DNA of 64,000 nucleotides from a virus: IMG/VR virus record IMGVR_UViG_3300014205_000222; one strand, 5' to 3'. Shown piece by piece: positions 1 to 9,554 of this stretch (position 1 is its first letter; each line of letters starts with the position of its first letter). The notes under the pieces were generated by a model. It saw only the letters and a program-made list of their open reading frames with translations, ran no database searches and was not told where the DNA came from. The position numbers and the translations under genes were made by a program.

Positions 1-1
1 A

Positions 2-217
2 TGGAAACGCAAACCGTGTGAAACCACTGTAATTGATATTGCGTATGTGGTTGCAGATGTAGAGTTAGCATTAGGTCAACTCCAGTATATGATGGATCGA
101 GGAATTGAACGAAAATATGGAGTACATCTTGACAATGCGCGGAAAGAAAAACGCGAAAATCTTCTACAAATGTTAGATGGTTTGGATATTCTACAAACGG
201 TAGACGATTTGATTTGA
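2..217 (+). CDS. hypothetical protein (5'-partial, enters window from upstream)
   Basis: Frame open from window start to TGA at 215-217 (…MMDRGIERKYGVHLDNARKEKRENLLQMLDGLDILQTVDDLI*); no start codon inside window. Confidence 0.35.
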   Translation, partial: WKRKPCETTVIDIAYVVADVELALGQLQYMMDRGIERKYGVHLDNARKEKRENLLQMLDGLDILQTVDDLI

Positions 218-260
218 GAGAAATAAAGGATAAAAAACTTATATAGGAGGATTTTTAAAA

Positions 261-539
261 ATGTTTTGGAAATTGTTTCGTAAAAACAAGACAGAGATGC
301 CACCAGAGAACAAACCCACAGTCCACGAAGTTGGTTATGCGGAGGTTGTACAGTTTTCACCGATTGAACTTACATATAAACACCCACAGATAGGCAATTT
401 TAGAATAACACAGTCTGCTACAAACCCCGGGTGGATGCGCATTCAAGAACTGTTGCCAACTGGTAATAAAAGTAGGTATTTGTCGTGGTCACGTATCATA
501 GAACTTGCGCAAGAGCAAGGAGACTGTGGGAGATATTAA
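261..539 (+). CDS. hypothetical protein (92 aa)
   Basis: ORF track; preceded by aggaggatttttaaaaATG; first of long co-directional small-gene block. Confidence 0.4.
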   Translation: MFWKLFRKNKTEMPPENKPTVHEVGYAEVVQFSPIELTYKHPQIGNFRITQSATNPGWMRIQELLPTGNKSRYLSWSRIIELAQEQGDCGRY

Positions 540-560
540 GATTGGAAGTAAGGTTGAACC

Positions 561-725
561 ATGACCATCAAACGAATTAACCCGATACTCAACACGGTTA
601 GGTGTGGACGGGTAAGCGTTCCGCTTAAAAAGTGTGAGTCTTGTCATGCGTGTCTGAATATCGAGTTTTTTGATGATGAACCTGATGGTGTTGTGTTCTG
701 TGATACCGGCGAAGATTTGATTTGA
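561..725 (+). CDS. small zinc-ribbon protein (54 aa)
   Basis: Manually read ORF MTIKRINP…CESCHAC…FCDTGEDLI*; Cys pairs; tight spacing to neighbours. Confidence 0.35.
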   Translation: MTIKRINPILNTVRCGRVSVPLKKCESCHACLNIEFFDDEPDGVVFCDTGEDLI

Positions 726-1025
726 ATGAGTTTGAAAAATGAATTTTCCGCTTTTGTGGCGGGTTTTTTGATATGTTTGGCAATCGTGCTGCCAATGATT
801 ATTGTAAATGCGTACCCGCTAATAGTTAATAAAGAAATTCTCGAAACAGAACTTTCCGAAAATGTGTCGTGGTTTGACGACTTTACCGGATTTACGTGGA
901 TTAAATGTAACTGTTCTGGTGTAGACTATTATATTATATTGCTGGGCAAGAACCAAGATATCGCGCGGTGGTGTGAATTGTTGAATGAAACGAAGATGAA
1001 TACAGGAGTTAAACCATGCCAATGA
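726..1025 (+). CDS. small membrane protein (99 aa)
   Basis: ORF track; N-terminal hydrophobic helix FVAGFLICLAIVLPMIIV. Confidence 0.4.
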   Translation: MSLKNEFSAFVAGFLICLAIVLPMIIVNAYPLIVNKEILETELSENVSWFDDFTGFTWIKCNCSGVDYYIILLGKNQDIARWCELLNETKMNTGVKPCQ

Positions 1026-1231
1026 ACAAATGCCCACACTGTGGGAAATATTTCGGTGCAGAGGTTGTAGAAGAATCGCGTTTAAACTCGCTCTACAAAA
1101 CAAACAACACCGCTGGTTGGGCGCGAGAACAGTTAAGGATTCTTGTTGACATGGCAGAGTGTCATAAATTACCAGAGTGGTATGTTAAAGATATCAAACG
1201 AATCCGCGCTCAAATCCATATTACAGTGTGA
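1016..1231 (+). CDS. zinc-ribbon protein (71 aa)
   Basis: ORF track; CPHCGK motif near N-terminus. Confidence 0.45.
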   Translation: MPMNKCPHCGKYFGAEVVEESRLNSLYKTNNTAGWAREQLRILVDMAECHKLPEWYVKDIKRIRAQIHITV

Positions 1232-1241
1232 GGAGTTAAAG

Positions 1242-1445
1242 ATGCTGAAAAAAGTAAGGGTACGAAAACGGGATGGAACCACAGAAGAGCGATACGTGGT
1301 GTGTGGGGAATTCGTGGGAACTGTGTACCCTGATGGTTCGATAGTAGAAGAAGTATTAAATACATGTAAAACCAATAAAAATTGGGATTTTGAATGGTTT
1401 GTAGACGAATCCACATATATGGGTTGGAGAATTTTTCCTGATTAG
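1242..1445 (+). CDS. hypothetical protein (67 aa)
   Basis: In-frame ATG at 1242 preceded by gaggagttaaag SD; listed longer ORF 1143..1445 probably over-extended. Confidence 0.45.
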   Translation: MLKKVRVRKRDGTTEERYVVCGEFVGTVYPDGSIVEEVLNTCKTNKNWDFEWFVDESTYMGWRIFPD

Positions 1446-1608
1446 AGGAGGGAAATGACATGCGAAGAGTGGGATACTGCCCGTTTATGAGTCAGGGATT
1501 TGATTCATATGGGAATATGATTGGAACAAGATGTATTAATATTGGTTGTCAGTTGTGGGATATTGATAAAGAAGATTGTGGTTTGAAAACTGATGATAGG
1601 AGGTAAAT

Positions 1609-1776
1609 ATGACAGAAAATAGAACAAAATGGATGGTGTTGTTGCCCAATACAAAGTGTCCGTCTGCTACGTATCCGATTGGTTACGGTTCTCTTGCATA
1701 TTGCACACGCCTCAAAACTGAAGAACACCCGGGTTTAAAACGGTGCAGTCATGTAAACTGCCCGATTAAAGGGTGA
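1609..1776 (+). CDS. Cys-rich small protein (55 aa)
   Basis: Manually read ORF after ataggaggtaaat SD: MTENRTKWMVLLPNTKCPS…CTRL…RCSHVNCPIKG*. Confidence 0.35.
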   Translation: MTENRTKWMVLLPNTKCPSATYPIGYGSLAYCTRLKTEEHPGLKRCSHVNCPIKG

Positions 1777-1781
1777 GTTAA

Positions 1782-2141
1782 ATGAACAAAGAAATATCAA
1801 AAATTCCGATGAAAACTAACGGTCGTGGTCAATGTGAATACTGCGCTAAAATGAAAATTAGTGAAACTGTGCGATGGTATCGTTCTGACTGCCCATATCC
1901 CGGAAGTAACATCACGATGAGAGAGTGCGACGCATGGAAATCCAAATTGAACGGAATATTTCTTGACGAAATGTTAGCCGAATATGACGAGAATATACCA
2001 TGGGACGACTATATCTCCGTGGTAAATTGTCCCATATGTAACGACGGTATCATATTCCCGCCGGTTCATGATTGTCAGGTGTGCGGAGGATGCGGAAAAA
2101 TTCAATATTCGTTGTCAGATGTAGAAATTAAATTACAGTGA
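1782..2141 (+). CDS. Cys-rich protein, multiple CxxC (119 aa)
   Basis: ORF track; CEYC, CPIC, CQVCGGCG motifs. Confidence 0.5.
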   Translation: MNKEISKIPMKTNGRGQCEYCAKMKISETVRWYRSDCPYPGSNITMRECDAWKSKLNGIFLDEMLAEYDENIPWDDYISVVNCPICNDGIIFPPVHDCQVCGGCGKIQYSLSDVEIKLQ

Positions 2142-2172
2142 CTTACATGAAGGTAAATTTTTTAGGAGGCAA

Positions 2173-2358
2173 ATGATGAGAGAATATTCATTTACAGAGA
2201 AGAAAAGAGAAGGTTATTATCGTTCTCTTGATGGAGAGCGCGAAAAAGAGTATGAAACATACGAGGTCGAGATACAGATAGATTGTCTTACGAAAGAAGA
2301 TGTTGATAAACTTCGTAGGTTCACCAGAGAAATTGCTTCGGTTGATTGTCAGAGGTAA
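2173..2358 (+). CDS. hypothetical protein (61 aa)
   Basis: ORF track; upstream ttaggaggcaaATGATG SD. Confidence 0.45.
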   Translation: MMREYSFTEKKREGYYRSLDGEREKEYETYEVEIQIDCLTKEDVDKLRRFTREIASVDCQR

Positions 2359-2359
2359 G

Positions 2360-2524
2360 ATGGAACCGTGTATTAGTTGCATTACTAAAGGTGGATGTTT
2401 AAGACCCGATTGCCCCAATGCAGGGGAATTTATAGTGGACGGAGATGGCTGTGGTGGTACATATTATTGTAATTGTAAACGAAGAGCAGAATTGGGTATC
2501 ACGCCATTATACAAAAAGGAATGA
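2360..2524 (+). CDS. Cys-rich small protein (54 aa)
   Basis: Internal Met (MEPCISCITKGGC…) of listed ORF 2300..2524; start right after stop of upstream gene. Confidence 0.4.
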   Translation: MEPCISCITKGGCLRPDCPNAGEFIVDGDGCGGTYYCNCKRRAELGITPLYKKE

Positions 2525-2536
2525 AGGAGGTAAATA

Positions 2537-2992
2537 ATGACCACAACACAAATGAGATGTCCAATATGCGGAAGCCACAGCGGGTTTGAGATAGATTCGA
2601 TGGGATCGATAATCTGCGATAACTGTGGGTGTTTGTTCGTACACGCCGCGATGTTTGGTATGCAGTTTATCACACGAGATGCTCGTGATTGTCACCCACA
2701 CTACAGCCACTTGGCTGTAAGAGCATGGAATCCCGAATTGTGTACCGAATGGAAGTACGATATAGTACCCCCGCCATATGACCCAAATACCTTAAAGGAT
2801 GGGGATAACGTACGTGGATGGACAGATGTTAATGGTAAAAGAATAACCGTACCGACAATTGGAAAATCAAGTATACCAAAGATAGAAACTGGAAAAGTGA
2901 CAATCCACCAATCTAGTAGTGAAGAAGTTGATATGATATTTGGTAAGAGGAAATCGTTGATTGCGCGTATCATCGGTTGGTTTGGGGTGTAA
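2537..2992 (+). CDS. zinc-ribbon domain protein (151 aa)
   Basis: ORF track; upstream gaaggaggtaaataATG; CPICGS…CDNCGC. Confidence 0.5.
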   Translation: MTTTQMRCPICGSHSGFEIDSMGSIICDNCGCLFVHAAMFGMQFITRDARDCHPHYSHLAVRAWNPELCTEWKYDIVPPPYDPNTLKDGDNVRGWTDVNGKRITVPTIGKSSIPKIETGKVTIHQSSSEEVDMIFGKRKSLIARIIGWFGV

Positions 2993-2997
2993 ATTCC

Positions 2998-3366
2998 ATG
3001 GCTGAAAGAAACCCGGGGTGGGGGTATAGAACAATCGATGGGCATAAGCATCATTATTCTGATGATATGAAAACCCCAATATGTAATTCACATATGGATG
3101 TATCTTATGAATGCGAACCGTGGGTCAATCCACACGACAGACCAGATTTTTGCTGCAGAGCATGTCAGAGAAAACTTGCAAAAAGATTTTATAACGCAAA
3201 GTTGAGAGAGATGGATGCAATAGAAATAATATGCGAAGGAAACCGGAATTATGAATGTCCTATTTGCCACAACGTAATATATCCAGCTACCTTTCCGGGT
3301 TTCGGATATTGTCCTGATTGCCGGAGAGATTACAGACTGCCTCCAAATTGTAAAAATTCGGAATAG
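2998..3366 (+). CDS. Cys/His-rich protein (123 aa)
   Basis: ATG at 2998 just after stop of upstream gene; CCRACQ, CPICHN, CPDC motifs. Confidence 0.5.
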   Translation: MAERNPGWGYRTIDGHKHHYSDDMKTPICNSHMDVSYECEPWVNPHDRPDFCCRACQRKLAKRFYNAKLREMDAIEIICEGNRNYECPICHNVIYPATFPGFGYCPDCRRDYRLPPNCKNSE

Positions 3367-3373
3367 ATTCAAA

Positions 3374-3562
3374 ATGCGCTCGTTAGAGTTGGTAATTGTG
3401 GATATTGGTTATAAAGTTGCATGCGAAATGTCGCTTACCGAGGAAGAAATTTTTTATCTTCGTGGAATGATAAAACGAGATAAGAAGATGAAGATTGATG
3501 AAAATCGTCAGGTACAACTTGAAAAGGAGTTTGATGCTGCGATTCGTAGGGATATGTGGTGA
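3374..3562 (+). CDS. hypothetical protein (62 aa)
   Basis: ORF track, co-directional. Confidence 0.4.
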   Translation: MRSLELVIVDIGYKVACEMSLTEEEIFYLRGMIKRDKKMKIDENRQVQLEKEFDAAIRRDMW

Positions 3563-3708
3563 TGAACGATGATTCGAAAATTTTACCGTTGTAGATTCCC
3601 GGAATGCCCGACAGAAGCCTGAAACGATACATTTATTATGTTATAGTTCCTATATTAAATTATAACGACAACGTTATGTAAAATTGAAGATAATCAACAG
3701 GTGATATA

Positions 3709-4008
3709 ATGAACGATATGAGTTGGAATATTGAAAAAACGGTTAGAGATATCGGTTTTCGGAGAGATGTAGTTCATATTACGGTTCACGTCTACGATGT
3801 TCCTGAATCAAATATAGAGATGTTGGAGAAATATCTCAAGCAATTGAAACATGACACAAAGTTTGTTTCCGCACAAACATCTCAATCACCATATCCGGGT
3901 TGTTTTGGGAGTTGGGAATCGTGCGGAAAGCACCGGGAATGCACGCACAGCACGGACTGCTACCACAGGGAAGAGATGATTGATGGGAGAAAACGGGAGA
4001 GTGTGTGA
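3709..4008 (+). CDS. hypothetical protein (99 aa)
   Basis: ORF track; preceded by ~140 bp AT-rich intergenic region (possible internal promoter). Confidence 0.45.
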   Translation: MNDMSWNIEKTVRDIGFRRDVVHITVHVYDVPESNIEMLEKYLKQLKHDTKFVSAQTSQSPYPGCFGSWESCGKHRECTHSTDCYHREEMIDGRKRESV

Positions 4009-4468
4009 CGGAAGAATGGTTAAGGTGAAGGAAATGGGAGATAGAATTTCAATTCAATTCAAGGACAAATATGGTGATTTGTCGCCTTATTTATATTCAC
4101 ACTGGGGCGGAATGTCACTTGTGAGAGCCGCACAAGAATTTGTAAATACATCTATCAGCAACGATGAATATGCTGGGGATACACTTGTAATCTTCATCCG
4201 TTCACCAATATCTAAAGAATTTGATGATCTCCACATAGAATTTGATGATTTCGGAGATAACGGTGATAACGGGAATATTATAATTGCGATAGAAACGGGT
4301 AAAGCAGAACGCACTGCAAAAACAATCCCAAAAAAAGACCCGACACAAGATGAGATACTGCAAGCCCGAGATTTTGCTCGTAATCACATAACAGCAACAA
4401 TACAAACTCTTGACCTTGCGAAAAACGATCTGAAACGAAGTCTAGAAAAGTTTGACAATTATGTGTAG
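3980..4468 (+). CDS. hypothetical acidic protein (start may be ATG at 4034 after aaggtgaagg SD)
   Basis: ORF track; overlaps upstream stop; SD-preceded internal Met MGDRISIQF. Confidence 0.45.
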   Translation: MMGENGRVCDGRMVKVKEMGDRISIQFKDKYGDLSPYLYSHWGGMSLVRAAQEFVNTSISNDEYAGDTLVIFIRSPISKEFDDLHIEFDDFGDNGDNGNIIIAIETGKAERTAKTIPKKDPTQDEILQARDFARNHITATIQTLDLAKNDLKRSLEKFDNYV

Positions 4469-4670
4469 AACGTTAATGTGTGAAATTAGGCAAAAATAAT
4501 GTCATTTAGTATGATAATTTCGGTTGGACCGTATGGTGGTTTTTATGTACAGAATGGAACAATTATAAAGCAAATATGTTTGGGGTGGGTTTCTTTTATT
4601 TTATTAATCCCTGAGTGGGGAGACCATATGAAAAGAATTATTGAGAATACACAGATTGTAAGGAGTAATA

Positions 4671-4816
4671 ATGAAACAAAAGACCATTGAAGAGATGATG
4701 GAACTGATAAAAAGATATCCAACCAAACCTAAAAAAATGAGTCGGAATTCTCATGACGAATGGATGCTTGAAAATGATTGTGAAACAATAGGGGAAACAG
4801 AATGTCAAAAACCATA
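4671..4816 (+). CDS. small protein (48 aa)
   Basis: Manual ORF after gtaaggagtaataATG: MKQKTIEEMMELIKRYPTKPKKMSRNSHDEWMLENDCETIGETECQKP*. Confidence 0.35.
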
Positions 4817-5053
4817 ACACGGGTTGGCGATATGCACCCAAAAACCGCATTGAATGTTCATCTACAAGATGATGGAGATATAGTTGTGTGGGTAGGGCAT
4901 CCATTATTTCCGATTGATGGTGGAATTGATGAAAATTCTGTAGAGTTTACTACAATTGGGTCTGGTGGTGGGCGTTCTGAAAAAACACTCGGCGCATTGA
5001 GAAATTTGATAAAGGCAATGGAAGAAGACAATCGAAATTGTCAAATTTTTTAG
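4802..5053 (+). CDS. hypothetical protein (83 aa)
   Basis: ORF track. Confidence 0.45.
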   Translation: MSKTITRVGDMHPKTALNVHLQDDGDIVVWVGHPLFPIDGGIDENSVEFTTIGSGGGRSEKTLGALRNLIKAMEEDNRNCQIF

Positions 5054-5065
5054 AGTGGATGTAAA

Positions 5066-5263
5066 ATGACTACGAGATTTCCATGTGGATTCCTATATTT
5101 ATTTTTTTGTGGAATATTACTCATACTTTTAGAAGTTTTTACTATATTTTATATATCTACATCTCTTTCTGGCAGCGTCTATATAGAACGCGGATATTTT
5201 TATTTTCTTCTAACGATTATTGTACTTCAAATTGTGATGTTGGTTTTTGTATTAGATGAGTAA
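5066..5263 (+). CDS. small membrane protein (65 aa)
   Basis: ORF track; two hydrophobic segments. Confidence 0.4.
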   Translation: MTTRFPCGFLYLFFCGILLILLEVFTIFYISTSLSGSVYIERGYFYFLLTIIVLQIVMLVFVLDE

Positions 5264-5299
5264 TCTAAAGGAAAATATTTATACTGCTACAACATATAT

Positions 5300-5641
5300 A
5301 TGTTTGGTGGGGTGTATTATATGGAATTTGATGTGAATTTAGACTTGCTATCCGAACTAATATTACAAATTGCTGTGCTTCTACTAATCGCAGTTTTGGC
5401 TGTTGTTTTTTTGTGTACAATTTTTAGTGGATATTTGGGAAGCACTGGAGATTTTTCACAAATGATAACTGTGGACAACAAACAAATGTATGGGGCGGAA
5501 TATATGTTAATATTTAACGGAAGTGTATCTTACTATGCCCCGGGTTATATCTGGAACGATGTTGTTGTAGGACAAATTTATAACATATCTGGAAATTGCA
5601 GAGATAATCGTATCGCCACGATAGAACGAGTCGTGATGTGA
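5300..5641 (+). CDS. membrane-anchored protein (113 aa)
   Basis: ORF track; TM helix LILQIAVLLLIAVLAVVFLCTIF. Confidence 0.45.
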   Translation: MFGGVYYMEFDVNLDLLSELILQIAVLLLIAVLAVVFLCTIFSGYLGSTGDFSQMITVDNKQMYGAEYMLIFNGSVSYYAPGYIWNDVVVGQIYNISGNCRDNRIATIERVVM

Positions 5642-5676
5642 TAATATGATACAAACCCGGGATACAAGAGGTAAAA

Positions 5677-5814
5677 ATGAAATGCAAATGGTGTGAAACA
5701 GAAACAAATGTGGAATACTGTTCAAACTGTAAAAATATACGCGAAGCATTTGAAAAAGTTGAAGAGTCTGAAAAACGGTTCGCCGCATTTAAGAAAATTT
5801 TATTGATGGAATGA
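5677..5814 (+). CDS. zinc-ribbon protein (45 aa)
   Basis: Manual ORF after agaggtaaaaATG: MKCKWCETETNVEYCSNCKN…. Confidence 0.4.
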   Translation: MKCKWCETETNVEYCSNCKNIREAFEKVEESEKRFAAFKKILLME

Positions 5815-5818
5815 TGAC

Positions 5819-6019
5819 ATGACTAAAAAACAAAAAACTGGAATAGGTATGGCAACGAGAACGAATAAGAAATGCCCACATTTTTACTATGAAGAAATGG
5901 CAAGTGGATATGAACGAGAATGGTGTAGTTTAGAAGACAAACCATGTGTTGAAAAAGTCCCAATTAAGTGTCAGGCGTTTATCAATCATTATAACTTTAT
6001 TCAAACATTTGAGGATTAA
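5819..6019 (+). CDS. hypothetical Cys-containing protein (66 aa)
   Basis: ORF track. Confidence 0.4.
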   Translation: MTKKQKTGIGMATRTNKKCPHFYYEEMASGYEREWCSLEDKPCVEKVPIKCQAFINHYNFIQTFED

Positions 6020-6052
6020 ATGCATGAATAAACAAACAATTTTTAATGAGGT

Positions 6053-6271
6053 GTGATGACTTTGAGCATTAATTTAGCAAATTTTTTTGTAAGGTTAAAG
6101 AACGAATTGTTAAAAATGAAACGCCCAAAATGTATAATAAGTTACTTTTTAATCTTATTCGCAGTAAGTATTATATCAGTTTGTTCTAAATCGGGTTGGT
6201 ATATGGTAGGAACCGGGTGTGGGATTTGTATGCTTACACTTGGGGCAATTATTGCGGCGCTCGATGATTAA
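6053..6271 (+). CDS. small membrane protein (72 aa)
   Basis: ORF track; two TM segments. Confidence 0.4.
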   Translation: MMTLSINLANFFVRLKNELLKMKRPKCIISYFLILFAVSIISVCSKSGWYMVGTGCGICMLTLGAIIAALDD

Positions 6272-6305
6272 TATGGGACTTGAATCAGAGGTTTTGGTGA
6301 TTTAA

Positions 6306-6728
6306 ATGACCGAAGAAAAATCGGCATTGCGTTTTGTTGTTGAGTGTGGTGTGATGATTGTGCTTGCCGGGTTAGTTGTTGTTGGTTTGAATGCATTCGC
6401 GGTATACACAGAAGACAAATATAATGAAAACCCAGAGTTTGGTGCGATAGCGAAATATTCAAATCTTACAACGATTTCAGTAAGATTTTATCAAAACGAT
6501 TTTGTGATAGGAAATTTTACAACCGCGATTAATAAGATTGATATTGTTGATATACGTATCGATGGAGTATTGGTTGAGACGATACATGGATATAATTTGT
6601 CTAAAGAGCCATATTACTATCCAGTCGATACAACTCGCCACACTGTAGATGTTAAAATTGTATATAAAAGTGGATTGACGAGTGAACACGTATTTTCAAA
6701 CTCTAGGTTGGAGGCATGGAGCACATGA
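6306..6728 (+). CDS. membrane-anchored protein (140 aa)
   Basis: ORF track; N-terminal TM then beta-rich ectodomain. Confidence 0.5.
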   Translation: MTEEKSALRFVVECGVMIVLAGLVVVGLNAFAVYTEDKYNENPEFGAIAKYSNLTTISVRFYQNDFVIGNFTTAINKIDIVDIRIDGVLVETIHGYNLSKEPYYYPVDTTRHTVDVKIVYKSGLTSEHVFSNSRLEAWST

Positions 6729-6888
6729 AAAATGTTGAATTGGATGAGATTCCAATGGATCGTAACAAAAAAATAACTATGATATCGAATTTGAAAGAAC
6801 TTGCAGTATCTAAACAAATTAACGATGATTACAAAGAAGCTCTCCGATGGGCAATTGACGAACTTCTTGATATCATCGAACCGTATTA
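6716..6888 (+). CDS. hypothetical protein (57 aa)
   Basis: Manual ORF after ggttggaggcATG; overlaps upstream stop (translational coupling). Confidence 0.35.
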
Positions 6889-6915
6889 ACCCTGTGCAGG
6901 TAGGCGGTAAATGTG

Positions 6916-7071
6916 ATGGAAAACAGAAATACAAAATGTAACATTCAGACGAGTTGTGGGTATTGTACGGGAACTGCAAAACTACTAAAACAGTGTGAAG
7001 AGTCTGGAAAATACAAGAAGCATCTCAAAGAACATATAAAAGATATTGCAGATTCATATGATATTAGTTGA
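6916..7071 (+). CDS. Cys-rich small protein (51 aa)
   Basis: Manual ORF MENRNTKCNIQTSCGYCTG…. Confidence 0.4.
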   Translation: MENRNTKCNIQTSCGYCTGTAKLLKQCEESGKYKKHLKEHIKDIADSYDIS

Positions 7072-7084
7072 ATTTTAGGAGGTA

Positions 7085-7282
7085 ATGATGGCACATAATC
7101 AACGTGTTCCACACCCTATGAGATTGAATATGAAGAATCGGTATCGGTATGGCGGATGCCGTGGTCCGCATCGCCACCGGAAACATTTTTTATCATGGAA
7201 CGTGAATGGCAAAGTTGGATATCTACCGGAGACAAATAGTGACAAAAGACTATATGCCAATTATCAACGGATTGCGCGATGA
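7085..7282 (+). CDS. basic small protein (65 aa)
   Basis: ORF track; upstream ttaggaggtaATGATG. Confidence 0.4.
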   Translation: MMAHNQRVPHPMRLNMKNRYRYGGCRGPHRHRKHFLSWNVNGKVGYLPETNSDKRLYANYQRIAR

Positions 7283-7416
7283 CGTGGTTAAGCGGTGTAT
7301 GGAAAGGGCGAGGAGATCGAAAGGGTGTCCGGAAGGAGGAGCAACTTTGAGAAGATTAAAGGAGAGATATATATGAACGAACGCGGGTTGAATTTTATAT
7401 CACACGGTGATGCCAA

Positions 7417-7569
7417 ATGACATCTTGTGAAAACTGCGAATATCCCGATTTGTGTCTAGGATTCAGAACAAAAGAGGATTATCTTGCACCAGATGGCAAA
7501 TATAGAAAAATAATCGGGTGTAATTCCGAATGTTTTTTCTTTGGTGATGAATTAAAACAAGATTTATAG
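7417..7569 (+). CDS. Cys-rich small protein (50 aa)
   Basis: Manual ORF MTSCENCEYPDLC…CNSECFFF. Confidence 0.4.
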   Translation: MTSCENCEYPDLCLGFRTKEDYLAPDGKYRKIIGCNSECFFFGDELKQDL

Positions 7570-7578
7570 GTGGAAACA

Positions 7579-7905
7579 ATGGCATTGCACGATTTAAAAA
7601 GTTGGACGGTTGCATTTGAACCGATGGTTGAAGGTATTAAACGGTTTGAATTGCGAAAGAATGATAGAGGATATGAAAGGGGTGATCGTCTCAATCTCCG
7701 CGAGTGGAATCAAGACACCGGATACACAGGGCGTGAGTTGCTTGTTTCTGTCACTTGGATACTTAAAGAGGGGTTTGGACTCCCTGAAGGGTATTGTATT
7801 ATGTCAATCAATCCTCTCGCATATTCAGAAACACATAATACTAAACAGAAACCGAAAGTTATAAACCATGTAACGGCATATGATATGATGATATATACAA
7901 AATAG
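7579..7905 (+). CDS. DUF3850/ASCH (PUA-like) domain protein
   Basis: Motif …WTVAFEPMVEGIKRFELRKNDRGYERGDRL… resembles DUF3850/ASCH N-terminus; ATG 7579 after aggtgga SD (listed GTG start 7570). Confidence 0.5.
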   Translation: MALHDLKSWTVAFEPMVEGIKRFELRKNDRGYERGDRLNLREWNQDTGYTGRELLVSVTWILKEGFGLPEGYCIMSINPLAYSETHNTKQKPKVINHVTAYDMMIYTK

Positions 7906-8107
7906 GATGTAAATATGTCATCGTGTGAACCAGATGAATGCCCGATGTTGCGGTCGTGGTATCACTCTCCAGCAAAAAACCGTATGCGATCATCAGGAGT
8001 ACCGAAAAGGCGCACGGGAAGGGTGACCTGATCATCGGGCGGTTCGGTCATTTCCGGCATCGAGGCGCTGCGTTCCGTGAGGAACGAACTGGATTATGGA
8101 ACCTAAA

Positions 8108-8126
8108 GACATAAGGTGTAAAGATG
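8108..8126 (+). promoter_or_regulatory. gene-junction cassette copy (AAGGTGTAAAGATG: SD + start)
   Basis: Same 14-mer recurs at 9361-9374 and 9899-9912 directly at start codons. Confidence 0.5.
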
Positions 8127-8375
8127 AGATACCCAACCAAAGACGAATTAAAACTTTTTAAAATTCTTCAAATGCTCGGATTTGACTCTGTTGATATGAC
8201 TTCGAATGATAATCGCATCGTCTATCAAAAAATAATTTATTTACTCCAAAATTACGGAGTGTCTTTGGGATATGGATATAAATGGTATATACGTGGTCCG
8301 TTTTCATCCGAACTACAACACGATTTAATAGGGATACATTATTTAATCCACGGTAAATATCCGGATATACATTGA
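8124..8375 (+). CDS. hypothetical protein (83 aa)
   Basis: ORF track; upstream ataAGGTGTAAAGATG junction motif. Confidence 0.45.
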   Translation: MRYPTKDELKLFKILQMLGFDSVDMTSNDNRIVYQKIIYLLQNYGVSLGYGYKWYIRGPFSSELQHDLIGIHYLIHGKYPDIH

Positions 8376-8432
8376 CATTCTTATAGGCAACGAATAAGGA
8401 AAAAAAGAGATTTGTAAAAGGTAAACCCTAAA

Positions 8433-8660
8433 ATGGAGTTGATTAGAATGGAGAGAAGCGAAGAGATCGAAGAAATTTGCGATATATGCGATCAATCTTC
8501 AGTAAGTGTTGAAGACGGAAATCAAATCTGTTTAAAATCTCCCGTCGAACATCCCTGCGGGAAAGACTCTATTGAAGATCAGCAGGATCGGGAAAACGGC
8601 ATATTTGAATGGTATTCCGAAACCGCAGATCTCAAAAAATGCCCGTTGGGTAAATGGTAA
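8433..8660 (+). CDS. acidic Cys-containing protein (75 aa)
   Basis: ORF track. Confidence 0.45.
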   Translation: MELIRMERSEEIEEICDICDQSSVSVEDGNQICLKSPVEHPCGKDSIEDQQDRENGIFEWYSETADLKKCPLGKW

Positions 8661-8666
8661 CCCCGT

Positions 8667-8695
8667 GATTGTAAAGAGTCAAGGTGAATGAAATG
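8667..8695 (+). promoter_or_regulatory. gene-junction cassette GATTGTAAAGAGTCAAGGTGAATGAAATG
   Basis: One of >=6 related copies (9013-9041, 9351-9374, 9734-9760, 9889-9912, 10048-10075) spanning stop of one gene, SD GGTGA and ATG of next. Confidence 0.5.
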
Positions 8696-9001
8696 AGGGT
8701 ATATCTTGTATGTCATGGGGGATATAATTCTTGCTCGCATTTAGGAATTTATTTATCCCGAGAAGCAGCTATTGCTCGGTGTATTGATAAGATCAAAGAG
8801 GAAATAAAAAACAACAACGAGCATGAGATCAAAACAATTAAAGAATTAAAAGATAATGTGGCAACAATAGATATTCGTAAGTATGAATATCAAGACTTGA
8901 ATGAGAAATTGCAGGCGGCTCTTGATAAAGGAGAGTTCAATGAAGGTGGTGGATCTATTGATCTACCGTGGATCGAAGAATTTGAGGTTGATTGTTCATG
9001 A
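8693..9001 (+). CDS. hypothetical protein (~103 aa)
   Basis: ORF track lists GTG start at 8684; ATG at 8693 lies 5 nt after AAGGTGA SD in the GATTGTAAA…GGTGA cassette. Confidence 0.45.
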   Translation: MRVYLVCHGGYNSCSHLGIYLSREAAIARCIDKIKEEIKNNNEHEIKTIKELKDNVATIDIRKYEYQDLNEKLQAALDKGEFNEGGGSIDLPWIEEFEVDCS

Positions 9002-9012
9002 ACTGGGAGAAG

Positions 9013-9041
9013 ATTGTAAAAAGTCAGGGTGAAATAAAATG
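9013..9041 (+). promoter_or_regulatory. gene-junction cassette GATTGTAAAAAGTCAGGGTGAAATAAAATG
   Basis: See 8667-8695. Confidence 0.5.
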
Positions 9042-9356
9042 ATTACGAGACAGGATCGATATCTTTTTGTTCAATTAATCAGGCGAAAAATAGGGATACA
9101 AACAGAAGAAGAGAGAACACGAGAAATAATATCCCGCCAAAGTCGTGAAAACATGCAACAACTTGCGCATATATTTGGTATCGACAGGTGGCAATACCGG
9201 TTGATATCGTGGTGGAAATATTGGCTTCTTCATAAAATGGGGCTTCATCAATCTCTTCTGGAATCAATACATGAAGGAACGCGGTCAAATGATGGGCGCG
9301 ATGCCGTAGATTTGTTGGAAGAAAGCAGGTATGACAGGTTTAATTATGAAGATTGA
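9039..9356 (+). CDS. hypothetical protein (105 aa)
   Basis: ORF track; cassette motif upstream. Confidence 0.45.
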   Translation: MITRQDRYLFVQLIRRKIGIQTEEERTREIISRQSRENMQQLAHIFGIDRWQYRLISWWKYWLLHKMGLHQSLLESIHEGTRSNDGRDAVDLLEESRYDRFNYED

Positions 9357-9374
9357 TTGTAAGGTGTAAAGATG
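9351..9374 (+). promoter_or_regulatory. gene-junction cassette GATTGATTGTAAGGTGTAAAGATG
   Basis: Contains upstream TGA stop, TAA, SD and ATG; near-identical copy at 9889-9912. Confidence 0.5.
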
Positions 9375-9554
9375 GCAAAAATCACTGATAAGAAAAAAGA
9401 TAGATGGCTATCCATGATATGGAAAAGCAGGGAGATTTACAGAAAAGTGTACGAAGAGATTATTGCTTGCGGTGTCACGGATGACCGAATCGATTCGTTA
9501 TCAAATCTCATCACAGGTTTTGCAGAAGCAGAAGAGGATATCGACAGATTGTAG
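9372..9554 (+). CDS. hypothetical protein (60 aa)
   Basis: ORF track; cassette motif upstream. Confidence 0.4.
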   Translation: MAKITDKKKDRWLSMIWKSREIYRKVYEEIIACGVTDDRIDSLSNLITGFAEAEEDIDRL